Assembly (NCBI GenBank): GCA_000934665.2
Contig: KZ538535.1
Location: 62,001 to 118,086 of the forward strand
Origin: Catajapyx aquilonaris
Taxonomy: Eukaryota
Direction: 5' to 3'
DNA: 56,086 nt
Both the position numbers and the translations under genes were made by a program. Under the pieces are notes generated by a model. That model was given only the letters and a program-made list of their open reading frames with translations. It had not been told where the DNA came from and ran no database searches. Shown piece after piece: positions 39,401 through 50,049 of the stretch (positions are counted from its first letter, which is position 1; each line of letters opens with the position of its first letter).

Positions 39401-40210
39401 ACTATTCGTCCTGCTCATCTAACTCGAGGGGGTAGGGAGGGGGGAGGGGTAAAGTTGGCATATGCTTATTCAATTCGCCTGAAGTCTCCATCTCGTTCCA
39501 CCTCTAGAAAGAATTTTTATCAAAAGNNNNNNNNNNNCTCTCTCTCTTCCCGGGTCCCAATATTTGACATTTCACTAAAAGTTGAAGCCTGTAGGAAGAA
39601 GGGAAAAAAGGCAGCTTGTGGAAAGAACTTCGCCAACTTGGTATTCATAGCCTCATTTTTTCTACCCCCTTTTTTACGCCAACGTTAGACTCTGATACTT
39701 AGTGTTTCCACCCACTACCCCACCCCTTATGAATCTCTAGAGGAGCCCCACAAAACACCTTCACACATTTTTTTAAAAGAGTGTTCCTTGATGAAGCTGC
39801 TACGTTGGTAGTTGGCTAGCCAAGAGTTATCATCATGATGACCTGTGGCTTTTGACTGAATCTCCCCCTTTTTTCATTAGGCAAGCCCGACCCCCTTCAC
39901 AACTGCTCTATTTTGAACCAAACGGCTGAATCTCTTCATGTGGAATGCAATGAGGGCTTCGACGGAGGCCTGCCTCAGAGTTTTATCATGGAGGTGTACG
40001 ACCCCCAGAAGCACCAGTTGGTCTCCAACGTCACCAGCCGAAGTCCCGTCTTTACTGTCAGTGGACTCGAATCCGGGTTAGGATTCGCTATCAATCTCTA
40101 CGCCATGAATGCTAAAGGCCGCAGTGACAAGGCCACACTCTATGCCTACACTCTCAAGGCTGCGGAGAAGAGAACTGGTAAGGGAACCGGTAAGCATCAT
40201 CAGCCATTTC

Positions 40211-40285
<75 letters not shown>

Positions 40286-42202
40286 GATTATTATTATAAG
40301 GCACTTGAAGAGGAATTTTGTGATAATGGACATGTATGGTCATGAGAGGTACTGGAATAGCTTGGAGTTAATTTAATTTTTCACGCTCATTTAACCTTTA
40401 CCAGTTTCTGTTCCTGGCGAAGTTGGGGGCAAAGTGCGGGTTCTAGTCAAGGACTTTTCGAATCTGGGAATGGTGTTGGGCAGCTTTAATAATATTCGAA
40501 TTACTACTTAGGTAATTTTCATTTTTTGGGCTTGACAACGGACAGACAAGGCTTTGTTTATATTTTTTACTGGATGTCCTGTGGGCTAGCGCACTTTTAA
40601 CAGGTGCTCCCGTTGTACACAACATACACATTATTAAAATGCAAGCCGGCTGAGAAAAACTACCTAATAATTAAATTTATGAATTTAAATATTATCAACA
40701 TCTCACAACAAGATAACAAATTATAACACAGTGTCACATAATCTCAACCTTTTGACCACTGCATGTTAAATCGAACTAACATGCGCAAATTAATAGTGTT
40801 AAAGAAAATATGGACATATAATATCGGCACTGAGGCCTATAACCAAAAGTACTCGAGATGAGGCAAAGAATGGGCAAATGTTTAAAAAGTGATAAAAATG
40901 AAACGCTTCCTTTTATAATTGCATATTGAACAATATTGACTTATTCCGACCGTTTAATTCTATATCCTTCACACCAGATATATGAGGCGCCTACTCTCAC
41001 TGAACTTACGAACCAGACCAGCTGCATTGGATAATTTGAATTAAGGTAATGTTGCCCCAAAAATGCCGGATTCAAATCGAAGTAATGGGAAGAGGCTGAC
41101 AAATTCTTCAAATTGGCATGTATTTTGTTATCAATAAAATCCATCAATAATTTCGTCAATATTTTTAATTATTTTTTCGTATATTTTTGTGTTATTCCAA
41201 TAATCCCATGATCCTTTAAAAAAATCCTTCCATTTAACCTGTTGAGGGCCACGAGCCTCATATGAGGGTCTGCGGATGTTTGAATTTGGCGCGATAAAAT
41301 ATGCACAGAGAATTCGAACTTTGCGGTTCTAAATTCGGTTCAATATACTCCTGGCATCTCTTGGATGGTGGCTAAACTACCATGACGCTCCCACAATGCG
41401 CACTGGACGGGAGCCAAGCTGAGTCGAACATGCCAAGGACACGCGGCTGCCGCGTCATCTTTCATGTAAACAAACGCCTTGAGTACAAGGTGTCTGGTAA
41501 AGTTGGACCCTTGAGAGTTTCTCATAGTATAGTGTTGTGGTAATATTATGCAACCCATAGATTAATAAGGTGATGACGCAACCACAATAACAGTGTATAG
41601 TGACTATGTAATCTCGGTAGGCCTATCGACGTTCTGAGAGCCAGACAATCGTAAAAAAATATTTCTGGGACACCCTGTAGATGAATTTTTTCCGTCATTT
41701 TACATTCAAAATATTAAATTTGGCGCGAAGTTGTTATTCATTAATGTCACTTCTACATCAAAATAAAAAATTAAAAAACAACCAAAAAACAAAAAAAAAA
41801 AAAAAACTGGCCCTCAGCAGGTTAAGCAATCATATTTCCATCATTCTCTATCCCAAATATGTCGGCTTATACAAACACTTGGGAAGGCGAAGTGGCGCTG
41901 TGAAACGCACGCGCCCACGGATGGAAGGGTCCCGGTTTCGATACCAAGCCCGGACATTCCCCCCTTTCATCTCGTGCGGAGTTCTGTGGCATCTCCGGCT
42001 TCGTCTAGGGTGGGATTTCCGATAGACGAACGACCCGGGGGAGCTCACAAAATGTCCACAGCAAATGACATTGCACATCCCCTCCCAGTCACCTTGCCCT
42101 TGGACCAAGGGCCAATTCTACATTGTCAAATTCATGTAGGCTACCCATGTGACAAATAAAGGTCTGTGCTCAGACCTCTGAAGAGGTAGGCACTATACCC
42201 AA

Positions 42203-42264
<62 letters not shown>

Positions 42265-45200
42265 CGCAAAAAAGACGGCCGAAAATGCTTTTTCAGCAGA
42301 AACTACAATTAAAAACTACCTCTTGCGTCCTTCTGGCGAATATTGAAAATAATAATCTACTAACATATATTGGTTGCAATATTGTGAAACAGCGCTTAGT
42401 AGTTAGTACCGATAAACATGCATCACATGATACAATAAGGATCATAACTTACTAATATAGATGATATGAATAATGTCCCGAACGTTGTCCCCTAGAGCAG
42501 GCTAAATAGTCACACATGTCTTGCTTGTTCCCACGTTGGTTGTAGTCGAAAATGTGTTCTATATGAAGTCGCTATACTGTATAGGCCTACAGTGTGCGTG
42601 CATGACGTCCTTGCCCCGCTGTCACTTCCACCCAAATGCGACAAGCACGTTAATTGTTCCATGTCCATTTTTTCAACGCTAACGTGTGTTCCTTTGTGCA
42701 AGGGACACATTTATTAAAGTCCAGCCATTGTCCTCTCACAGTCAACAAATCCTTACGAGCTTATGGGACACTTTTGTTCCTTGTCACTGTCATTGCACTA
42801 CAGGAAATGTGACAATCTTAGAACAAAATATGGCCATACTTTGCTCACACAGCGATTAAACAAGCTGCTCTACACTAAAATATTTAGAAATTTTTGTGGC
42901 TTTTCCTGTCAAGTACACAGTATCTCAAAAACAATTACGAGGGGTTATTTAATGCTTACTTTTTATACTAATACATCAGCCTGGATCGTCTATAAAGCTT
43001 ATGTATAATTGACTCCGAAACCATGCATAATTACTCCTTTATTTATATCAGTTTCATGCAGTTTGTTATACATAGTACACAGCAAATTATACTGTACACT
43101 ATTAGTAGGCAAAAATAAATATTTGAATACACCTCGTAATAACGCAGTCTTAATTATACAAATGTTGATTGAGGGCCGGTGTAACATTTTCACCATTTAC
43201 TCCAAATTAAACCCTTGGATAGACGCCAGCAGGAAATTTTACCTCTCATTCAAACTCTTCACCTTATTGATTAAAATCTCACCCAATGGAAGGGAAAGGC
43301 TGTGACAAAATGTTATCAACACTATCTACCGGCGCTTTAAAAAAAAACGACCTCTCGCGTAATTCAATCTTGTTTATGAACTTTTCTGTTTTTTGTGACT
43401 CTTGAGATATGTTGTCAGTCATTATTGGAGTCAATTACTACCATCAGGTGGGAAGTCCAGATTCAAGTGTCTTTTTAATGTAAAGCCTGTGGGCCTGTGT
43501 CTGACACTGGCAGGGACTCGTGTAATTTGAGCTAATCTCTCATTAGCACTCAATTACTCTTTTTTTGTCAAACGGATCATTGAAAGAGCAAAGGGTCATG
43601 AGTGGCATCCAAAGTCATGTGTCTTTGAAGTCATGTAAAAGTACGGTATAGTTTAGGCGAAATGCTCAAGGTAATACAAGTAAGTTCATCAATAACGGAA
43701 TGTCACATCACTAACTTGTAAGTTATAGTTGCATCAATGCAAATTAAGAGCAAGTCTCAGAAATTGTATGGTAGCTCTGCGACTTTCTCTTGCATTATTT
43801 ATACAATCCCCTCCCCTCTAAGTTGATCTTATAAGAGTGACATCCGACTTCGTATTCATAGAGTTCAACAAATGGAGACATTGCTGGAGAAGTTCTTTGT
43901 CCATATAGTCGCAGACTGAGAGAAAAAGCACATGATTTTTTTTTTATAGCGATAAGAGCCCTTGGATTAAGCAGGTAATCTTCAGTTGAACGGATTTAAA
44001 CCCGGGCTGGCGCCCTTTTCGCACAAGATCTTGTCCACGTGATGGAATCGCTTTTGGTCTCTTGTGATGCTGTTATCTGAAAATCGAATTTTTTTAAGGG
44101 CAAAGGGCCCTGCTCTTTCCGGTAAGCTTATCAGTTTCTTTTCTCACGCGCCTTTCGCTTTCACGCTGTGTAAACGCATATAACTTTACACTTAAAAATG
44201 TAATCAATTTTCAGGGTGTCCAATTGCTGACTGCAATATTATAAGCTTAGAATTTCTGCTTTTTGCCAACTACCTCTGTGGGTCTTGTAAAACTTCTTAT
44301 TGTTGTTTCACAAACTTTCACAGCATCGACTCCAGCCATGCTGCCCATAACGCCCATCCTGGGTGTCCTGATTGGTGTGGTGGCTGCTCTAGTCCTGGTA
44401 GCAGTCATCATAGTGGTCATAATGCGCATGCGCACCCATGAAGAGGACAAAGAGCCCTGCGAGGGAGAACCGTGCGACAAGTCCAGCATCCCCTTGAAGA
44501 AGGACATTGACGAAGTCATCGACATGGATGACAAAAATCCAGATATTATCCCCCACAGCAGTGGTAATGTCCACTGTCCACATGACCATGGTCAGGTTAT
44601 AGGTCCTACGTAAACCCAAAAGGTTGCCTCATCGCGGAATTGTTTTATTTCTATTTGGAGTCTCAGGGCTTTTCTCAAGTCCCACACGACATGTTTCTCA
44701 CTTGTAATGGCTGCAATGAAGCGTTTCAATTTAGGCATATGTGAGCAACAATGAGGGTTGCGGGACTTCAGGATCCTCTGCCAGTTGGAAACCCTATAGC
44801 CTCTGTAGTTTAGTGGCAGAACAAACACTCTTCTGGAGTGTGGACCTGGGTTCAATTCCCAGCAGGGGCACATGGGTTTCGGATAATTACCGAAATATTA
44901 GGCTAACTGGTCAAACACTTCTCAGATGTTTTTATAGAGCTGAGAAGCGAATTTTTGCGATTCGAAGTCACCCGGTAGATAATTTTGCAGTTATTTTTCT
45001 TATGATGTGGCAACCTAGTTCTCGGCCAAATTCATTCCCCTATTGGTTTACTAAAATGGCGCATACAGTAAGTCATGTTGAGACTAAAGCATAACCTCAT
45101 GTTAAAATGCTCTAATTATTATAATCATTTAAATTATTTTAAAAAACCTGTATGCCTGCAACAGGCAATCTCCTGCATTTAGTTAATGCTTGGTAAATAG

Positions 45201-47876
45201 TTAATAGAATAATATTTTTTCCCTGGACAAAACTATATATTCATGACATTTTCAATGATATCCTGACATCGTACACGGGACAGCAAGGCAGGGTCATGTA
45301 GGCCTATTTGCAGAAGGTGCCTTGTGTGCGAATTTTGAAATATAATAACACAGGTTAACAACTTTTTTGTTGCATTGATGCCAGACATTGTTCTTACCTA
45401 ATTCGAGGGTGCTGAATCCAAATCTGATGTTAGTTTTTCTCTGTAAGCGCTAGATTTAGAACTGTGGTTCATTCCTTTGCCTATTCTGTACCTATGCTCG
45501 TGTAAAGGCAAAGTGGCCCTTTTGGGAAGATGGCGCGATGCTCTATATAGCGAGGTTGGTTTAGCACATGTAACACATTCGACATGAAAGGGCTAGGGTT
45601 ATGATAGATCTAAGCCTAATTCTCAAGCTAACCCTAATGCAAATAGTAAGGGGTGTCCTTTATTGCGATAATCACAAGTTTCAAATTGCATGAAAACTAG
45701 AGCTTGGAGAGGAAAACGGATTTCAGATTTGAAATCAGCGTTGAAAAGATACTTGGAATCAGTTGAAATATCTCATGCAGCAGATTTTGTTGTTGTTGTT
45801 GTTGGTCTGTGTAATCAATGCAAGATGGGCTTCCATGTCATTATTTTGTTGAATGTGCTTTTGTTTTATTTCTTGAGTTAATACTGTGTTGCGCTGAAAA
45901 GTCTTCAGAGGAAGGGAAGGAAGAGCATGCCTCAACAACCAATTTAAAGAGAAAGAACAAACCTGACAAGTGTGGCCTGATTGCTTCTTCTGGCAGGTCT
46001 CTTCCCTTTAAACTGGTTGCTGAGTTAAATAATTAATAACTTCTTCCCTTTCACTGACGACTTGGGCAGGTTACGTAACATTTTATCTGTATAGTACATG
46101 CATACTAGAGCATCTTAACTTCTCAATCATTCGCAAGTCGTAGACGTAGAGGAATCCACCCTTAGGCAGAATATGCTGAAACTAACTGCAAATCATTGCC
46201 TAAAGTAAACCGGGAGTTTATAAATCTGGAATTTTCTATCGCCTTTCCGCTTTTATTTGTGGAATAAGCTGCAAAAAAGTTAGAATTCCGCCAATATGAA
46301 TTACTGCATGAGCCCCCAATATTAAGCCGCAGAGTAATATTTACCGCTTCATCTTTCTTTTTATGACACCAAATTTCCTTTCAGAAGCAGACTACCACGA
46401 CCCGGGAGACAAAGCTTTTGAAAAAATGAACAATGCTCCCAATCAGCTATACGAAAACGTGCCTCAAATCCATCCTTTCAGCAACCGCTTAGATAGTACT
46501 TATGAGAACGTCAATAACATCAGGAACACACCAAAAGTGGTGAGCTTGTTGTTGCACCCTACTGCATGTGCTGCTGTAAGTGCCTGCCCATTTGTTTAGA
46601 AATACTAAATTTCTCTTAATTTTGAAGCATAACATACGTAATCATCCACAGAATGAAGAAATCACCTACGCTGAGCTAACCTTGCCGAAGAACAACATGT
46701 ACACACAACCAGTGCGGAGGCAGCAGGAACCCATAGTGTACGCCCAAATTGACATAACCAAGCAAGTGCCTCCCGAATTCACCTGCAGTTCCCATCCTCG
46801 CCCTGAAGAGGAAGAGCTTCACAGCACTGCTGAAACTCCGCTGATGAATAGCCACCGGGAGAGCACGGTATAGAACCATGCTGTAACGCTTTGCTGTAGA
46901 AATAGCAAAGGTATATTTGTGATTATTGTACTTGTTGTTGCACTAATGCACATTTCTCTTACAGTGCAAAACAAAGATATTATTGCTATTCATGATAGTG
47001 TAGCAAAGAAAGTAACACAAATCTAGTCATCTCTAGATCAGTTTACTCACAATAAATTATTTAGAGTTAAAATAATCAGCTGTATGCCTAAAATATATTG
47101 GTTAGACTCTGTATTTGATAATCATACGAGAAGTGTTATGATTGCTTTTGGACTGACCACGAAACAGAATTACACAAGTGCATGTGAAATGTCGAAAAAA
47201 TTTATTGTCACTCTCACTCTCATGAACAATAGTTCAGGCACATTTAACATGAAAGCCTGTGCATTTTGGGTTTCCAGATGCTGGACTGTCAAAAGTTATA
47301 ACACTCCTCTGAATAGAAATCAAGTTTTATTACTAAGCTACACTTTGCACTTACTAACCTCCTATACTGTATACAGGGAAGGGGAAAAGCCAGGCATAAA
47401 TGCCCTATTATCTGTTCATTTTTTACTGAAGCTCTAGCTTTTCCCCTTCCCTCATGTCACATCTCATATCACTGTCCGCGCTGTCACTGTAGTATGGCAC
47501 ATTACACACACATTACTAAGTTTATGGATCAGTAAGCCAGCTACATGCTGTGAGCCCTATGTTTAAAAATCCAAGTTACACATCATTGATTATGGTATAT
47601 GCTTGTCATGTAGGGTGCATGCTTGCACAGCACGCCACTGCAATAAACACTCAAGTGCCAAGTGTCAAGTTATTCCCGACACAGCCACCAATATCGAGAA
47701 TAATTTGACTATTTCCTCAAACACTCAAGCTTTTGTGACACCTCCTAATATCCAGTCTTTCCTCATGATTTCAGATGAGGGCCACTACTTCAGAAATAGT
47801 GGAGGACTCGCCTCCAACACCACCTCCACCACCCATGCCATCTGCCCCGAAAGTGGTGGTTGCCACGCGCTTCTGA
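21301..47876 (+). CDS. Sidestep-family / nephrin-like Ig-superfamily single-pass membrane protein, 5'-partial multi-exon gene: join(21301..21452,26569..26713,35485..35615,35761..35920,37512..37805,39881..40177,44324..44563,46385..46539,46652..46867,47775..47876)
   Basis: All nine introns are GT..AG and the phases join into one open frame of about 630 codons: 3 Ig + FN3 + TM + NPDIIP + cytoplasmic tail. This architecture and these motifs are typical of insect Sidestep paralogues. Exact orthology not determined. Confidence 0.93.
22027..22958. mobile_element. Non-autonomous hAT element
   Basis: CAGGGGCGGA..TCCAGGCCTG ends, subterminal GGCGCCC repeats, perfect 8-bp TSD ATTTTGCA (22019-22026 and 22959-22966). 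Confidence 0.85.
23450..23650 (+). repeat. Dispersed repeat homologous to the interior (about 7312-7650) of the MULE-like element
   Basis: Shared blocks GAATGTGGCAGGGG(C/T)AGGGGCACGCTG, CAACCTACCCCATGACCT and TAGGTAAAAGTG. Confidence 0.7.
26569..26713 (+). CDS. Sidestep-family exon: C-half of the same Ig domain, [48 protein letters not shown]
   Basis: tctttcag acceptor, T|gtaagt donor, D.G..LSCRAEN Ig F-strand motif; phase 0 to 1. Absent from the ORF track because it is short. Confidence 0.92.
30279..30472. mobile_element. PIF/Harbinger-like MITE
   Basis: TAA on both flanks; imperfect TIR AGACACGTTTACATGTGA / TCACGTGTAAACGCAGCT; internal (GAAGCGGAGC)3 and inner inverted repeat GTAACCAATATTGTTTGAGG / CCTCAAACAATACTGGTTAC. 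Confidence 0.7.
31352..31612 (-). mobile_element. tRNA-derived SINE, family A, full-length with (TAAA)n tail
   Basis: Reverse complement of the 4078-4260 copy with A/B boxes, extended 3' region and (TTTA)n on the + strand. Confidence 0.82.
31688..31964 (-). mobile_element. tRNA-derived SINE with V-domain-like core
   Basis: A box TGGCCGAGTGG, B box GAGTTCGATCCC; core GCGTGGGTTTTCTACGGGTTCTCCCGTTTCCTCCCAC; AT-rich tail; 18-bp TSD AAGTTGTATCATATAATA (31670-31687 and 31965-31982). Confidence 0.85.
32454..32772 (+). mobile_element. Non-autonomous Helitron
   Basis: Sits between A and T; 5' TC, (GTCT)n microsatellite near the 5' end, 3' hairpin CCCGGGCAACGCCGGG followed by CTAG; no TSD. 5' end approximate. 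Confidence 0.78.
35485..35615 (+). CDS. Sidestep-family exon: N-half of next Ig domain, [44 protein letters not shown]
   Basis: ttttcag acceptor, AAC|gtaagt donor; I.EG.DVYFEC...NP motif characteristic of the family; phase 1 to 0. Confidence 0.95.
35761..35920 (+). CDS. Sidestep-family exon: C-half of Ig domain, [53 protein letters not shown]
   Basis: Long pyrimidine tract + cag, T|gtaagc donor; SNQSLVLQ and G.YTC.ASN.EG motifs; phase 0 to 1. Confidence 0.95.
37512..37805 (+). CDS. Sidestep-family exon: last Ig domain, [19 protein letters not shown]...[28 protein letters not shown]
   Basis: ccacag acceptor, G|gtaggc donor; AP.C and [14 protein letters not shown] motifs; phase 1 to 1. Confidence 0.95.
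39881..40177 (+). CDS. Sidestep-family exon: fibronectin type III domain, [35 protein letters not shown]...YAMNAKGRS...AAEKRT
   Basis: ttttcattag acceptor, G|gtaagg donor; C.EGFDGGL.Q.F and N.KGRS FN3 motifs; phase 1 to 1. Confidence 0.95.
40211..40284. repeat. (CTA)n microsatellite just downstream of the FN3 exon donor
   Basis: Perfect trinucleotide run. Confidence 0.95.
41238..41821. mobile_element. piggyBac-type non-autonomous element
   Basis: TTAA on both flanks; TIR CCTGTTGAGGGCCA / TGGCCCTCAGCAGG (13/14 match). Confidence 0.8.
41881..42261 (+). mobile_element. tRNA-derived SINE, family B, with (ATT)n tail
   Basis: Degenerate A/B boxes; head and body homologous to 52498-52710 (GCGCCCACGGA, TTTCCGATAGAC, CCCGGGGGAG.TCACAAAATG, TTGCACATCCCCTCC); ends in (ATT)n. 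Confidence 0.75.
44324..44563 (+). CDS. Sidestep-family exon: transmembrane helix ([23 protein letters not shown]) and juxtamembrane region ending [12 protein letters not shown]
   Basis: tttcacag acceptor, G|gtaatg donor; 23-aa hydrophobic stretch followed by RMR; NPDIIP motif; phase 1 to 1. Confidence 0.93.
44797..44871 (+). pseudogene. Degenerate tRNA-like sequence or solo SINE head
   Basis: TAGTTTAGTGG A box and GGTTCAATTCCC B box with partial acceptor-stem pairing; poor anticodon arm. Confidence 0.45.
45349..45811. mobile_element. Non-autonomous DNA transposon, superfamily unassigned
   Basis: CACAG..CTGTG ends with imperfect TIR; subterminal inverted blocks GCTGAATCCAAATCTGA (about 45412) and TCAGATTTGAAATCAGC (about 45723). 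Confidence 0.55.
46385..46539 (+). CDS. Sidestep-family cytoplasmic exon, [52 protein letters not shown]
   Basis: ttcctttcag acceptor (in-frame alternatives ending 46387 and 46390), GTG|gtgagc donor; phase 1 to 0; two YENV motifs. Confidence 0.85.
46652..46873 (+). CDS. Sidestep-family cytoplasmic exon, [13 protein letters not shown]...IVYAQIDI...[12 protein letters not shown]; ends V-stop at 46873 if unspliced, or splices at 46867
   Basis: atccacag acceptor, phase 0; ITYAEL, IVYAQI and ETPL motifs; ACG|gtatag is both a weak donor and Val-stop. Confidence 0.87.
   Translation, partial: NEEITYAELTLPKNNMYTQPVRRQQEPIVYAQIDITKQVPPEFTCSSHPRPEEEELHSTAETPLMNSHRESTV
47775..47876 (+). CDS. Probable alternative terminal coding exon, [33 protein letters not shown]
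   Basis: Pyrimidine-rich tract and tttcag acceptor; phase 0 matches the 46867 donor; 34 codons ending in a PDZ-type ATRF; AATAAA at 48051. Confidence 0.72.
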   Translation: MRATTSEIVEDSPPTPPPPPMPSAPKVVVATRF

Positions 47877-49358
47877 CATGAGGACCGAGTAGGATTCCAG
47901 GGCTTTAGCCGATCGTGAGCAGGGACATACGTACGACACGCCCACCAACCGCCGCCTGGTTTCGACAAACAAACAAAATTGTTACCTATTGCAAGAAATA
48001 GTGTTATTTTCTTAAGTGTTGCACGCCAGGGTTGAGTGCGTCAGTGCCAAAATAAACATTGGGGCTGCATGGAGAAGGAAGTTGGTCAGCTGCTGGCGCT
48101 TCCAACCCAGACTATGAAAATAAATGAACTTTTCATACCGTACCATACTATGTATGGCAATGGGTGCGCAGGGATTATAAAGAGAGAAAATCCTCCTCCT
48201 CCTCCTCCCCCCCAATACCCCTTTCCTTCCCCCACCTTTCCCATACCGTCCCGATCGCCCCTAATGCCCCTGAAAGACACATGCTGTACACTATGTAATG
48301 ACTGTGAATTTAATTTGTTTGTTTCTTTCATGTAAATATTGACCATGTTACGAGCCCACATCTTCCCGTCTGGTTAAGACGACCTTCCCGCCAAACTAGA
48401 AACAGTCATCCATCAGGTCCGTTTTGTAAGTTGGGAAGTGCAAGGTGCATACATGAGAGACCGTCTTCATTCTGCCAAGGACACGCATCCAGAGGGCAGA
48501 GGAAGTACGAGCGTTTCTCCAAGATTACCATCAAGTTATGTGCTTCGCGGACAAAATGACTTCACGACCCGTTTGGTGAATTGTGGGCTACACGTGCAAA
48601 AAATACAGCGCCATTTTTATGTCCGTTGAATTGAGTGACATGCATCGTCTGGCATTGACCTAAGTAATGATTTTTATGGCTATTATTATGATAGCATTTC
48701 ATAAGCACAAGATGGTTTTTGGTATGACCATACCAATACCTTTGAAATGATGAAAGCAGGGTTTCTCACTTTTTGATATTTGTACCGAACCTCATTCCAA
48801 AACGTAGTTTCACAATATTCAGTTGTTTTGCTGCCAAGGACCGAAGTGTCTGCAAACTGGTAGAATTACATGCTGCTTACTCCATCATGAGCTTGTCATC
48901 CACCAAGTTGCGTTGAGAAGGGCATCTTGTGCTTCTGAAGTCATCAGTCAATGGTATGACATGTTCCCTTATTACAATTGTACATAACAGTAAAAAGGTG
49001 AAAATAAGACATGAAATGAAATGTGTCCTTTCCTTTGAGGGGTGTGGCGGAAAAAAGTGATAACCCTCAACCCTCAACTGGGAATCACAGCCATGATATT
49101 AAGAGAGATATAGGCAGTCAGAGATAATAAATCAGACTTGACTATAAAAAGAAGAGAAGAAGATTGCCTGGGTGGATCCGAGGTGAACCGCAAAGAACAG
49201 CAGTCAAATATTCTGGGTATGGTTTCTTGTCAGTTTTTTATGTGGGGAAAAAGAAAGAGACACTTTCAGGTGCTTGAGCAATGCAGTTGTCGGCATTCTC
49301 GAGGACATCATCTCATTGCATCACAGAGGCAGTGGGTTATGTTTGAATTTACTTGCTG

Positions 49359-49651
49359 AGGAAAGCATGGTGGTCTGGTGGTCACGCCACTGGCCAGCCA
49401 AGCGGGTGGCCAGGGTTCAAATCTCGTCCCCGTCACCTCTGCTTGGCCGGGTCTTTTTCCGCTTTTCACCCGACATGCCAGGGCAGAATTGCACTCCCTA
49501 CTCTGCCCAGGTCTAGGAGAAAAGGTCTGGTGTATTTCAGAAAGTCAGAAATGACTAATTACAGTGCCCTCCCTTGGGAACCTCCCCTGCCCCCCTAAAA
49601 GGGCTCTGCCCTATCACGGGGTAAATTTTAAAAAATAAAAATAAAAATAAA
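49359..49651 (+). mobile_element. tRNA-derived SINE, family C
   Basis: A box TGGTCTGGTGG, B box GGTTCAAATC, tail CCTATCACGGGGTAAA + (TAAAAA)n; 13-bp TSD AATTTACTTGCTG (49346-49358 and 49652-49664). Confidence 0.85.
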
Positions 49652-50049
49652 AATTTACTTGCTGTCAAAGGATGACTTCAGAAATTTATTTTTGTTGTGG
49701 GCCATGATAATTTTTATTGGAAGGTGTGCAGTATAATATTGGATGAAACATTGAACCAAAAAGTGAAAACGTGAAAAAAGCTGTTAGATATCAGTTTTGT
49801 TCACTGACAATGGGTAGCGAGAACCTGGTCTTGAAAGTTGAGAATTTGGAATTTTGTTGAACTTGAAATGGTCAGATCAGTAGTACTTAGATGATGGCTA
49901 TTTTTTGTGAGATGAAATAATTACTGTCAGAATTGAAAAGACCTTGCTTATACCCCAACTCTGTAAAAGCAGGATGCAAAAGTATTTGCTATCAACATGT
50001 GATATAAAGCTGTTATTAGAACCAGTTGTGACAACAATATTGCAATTGT

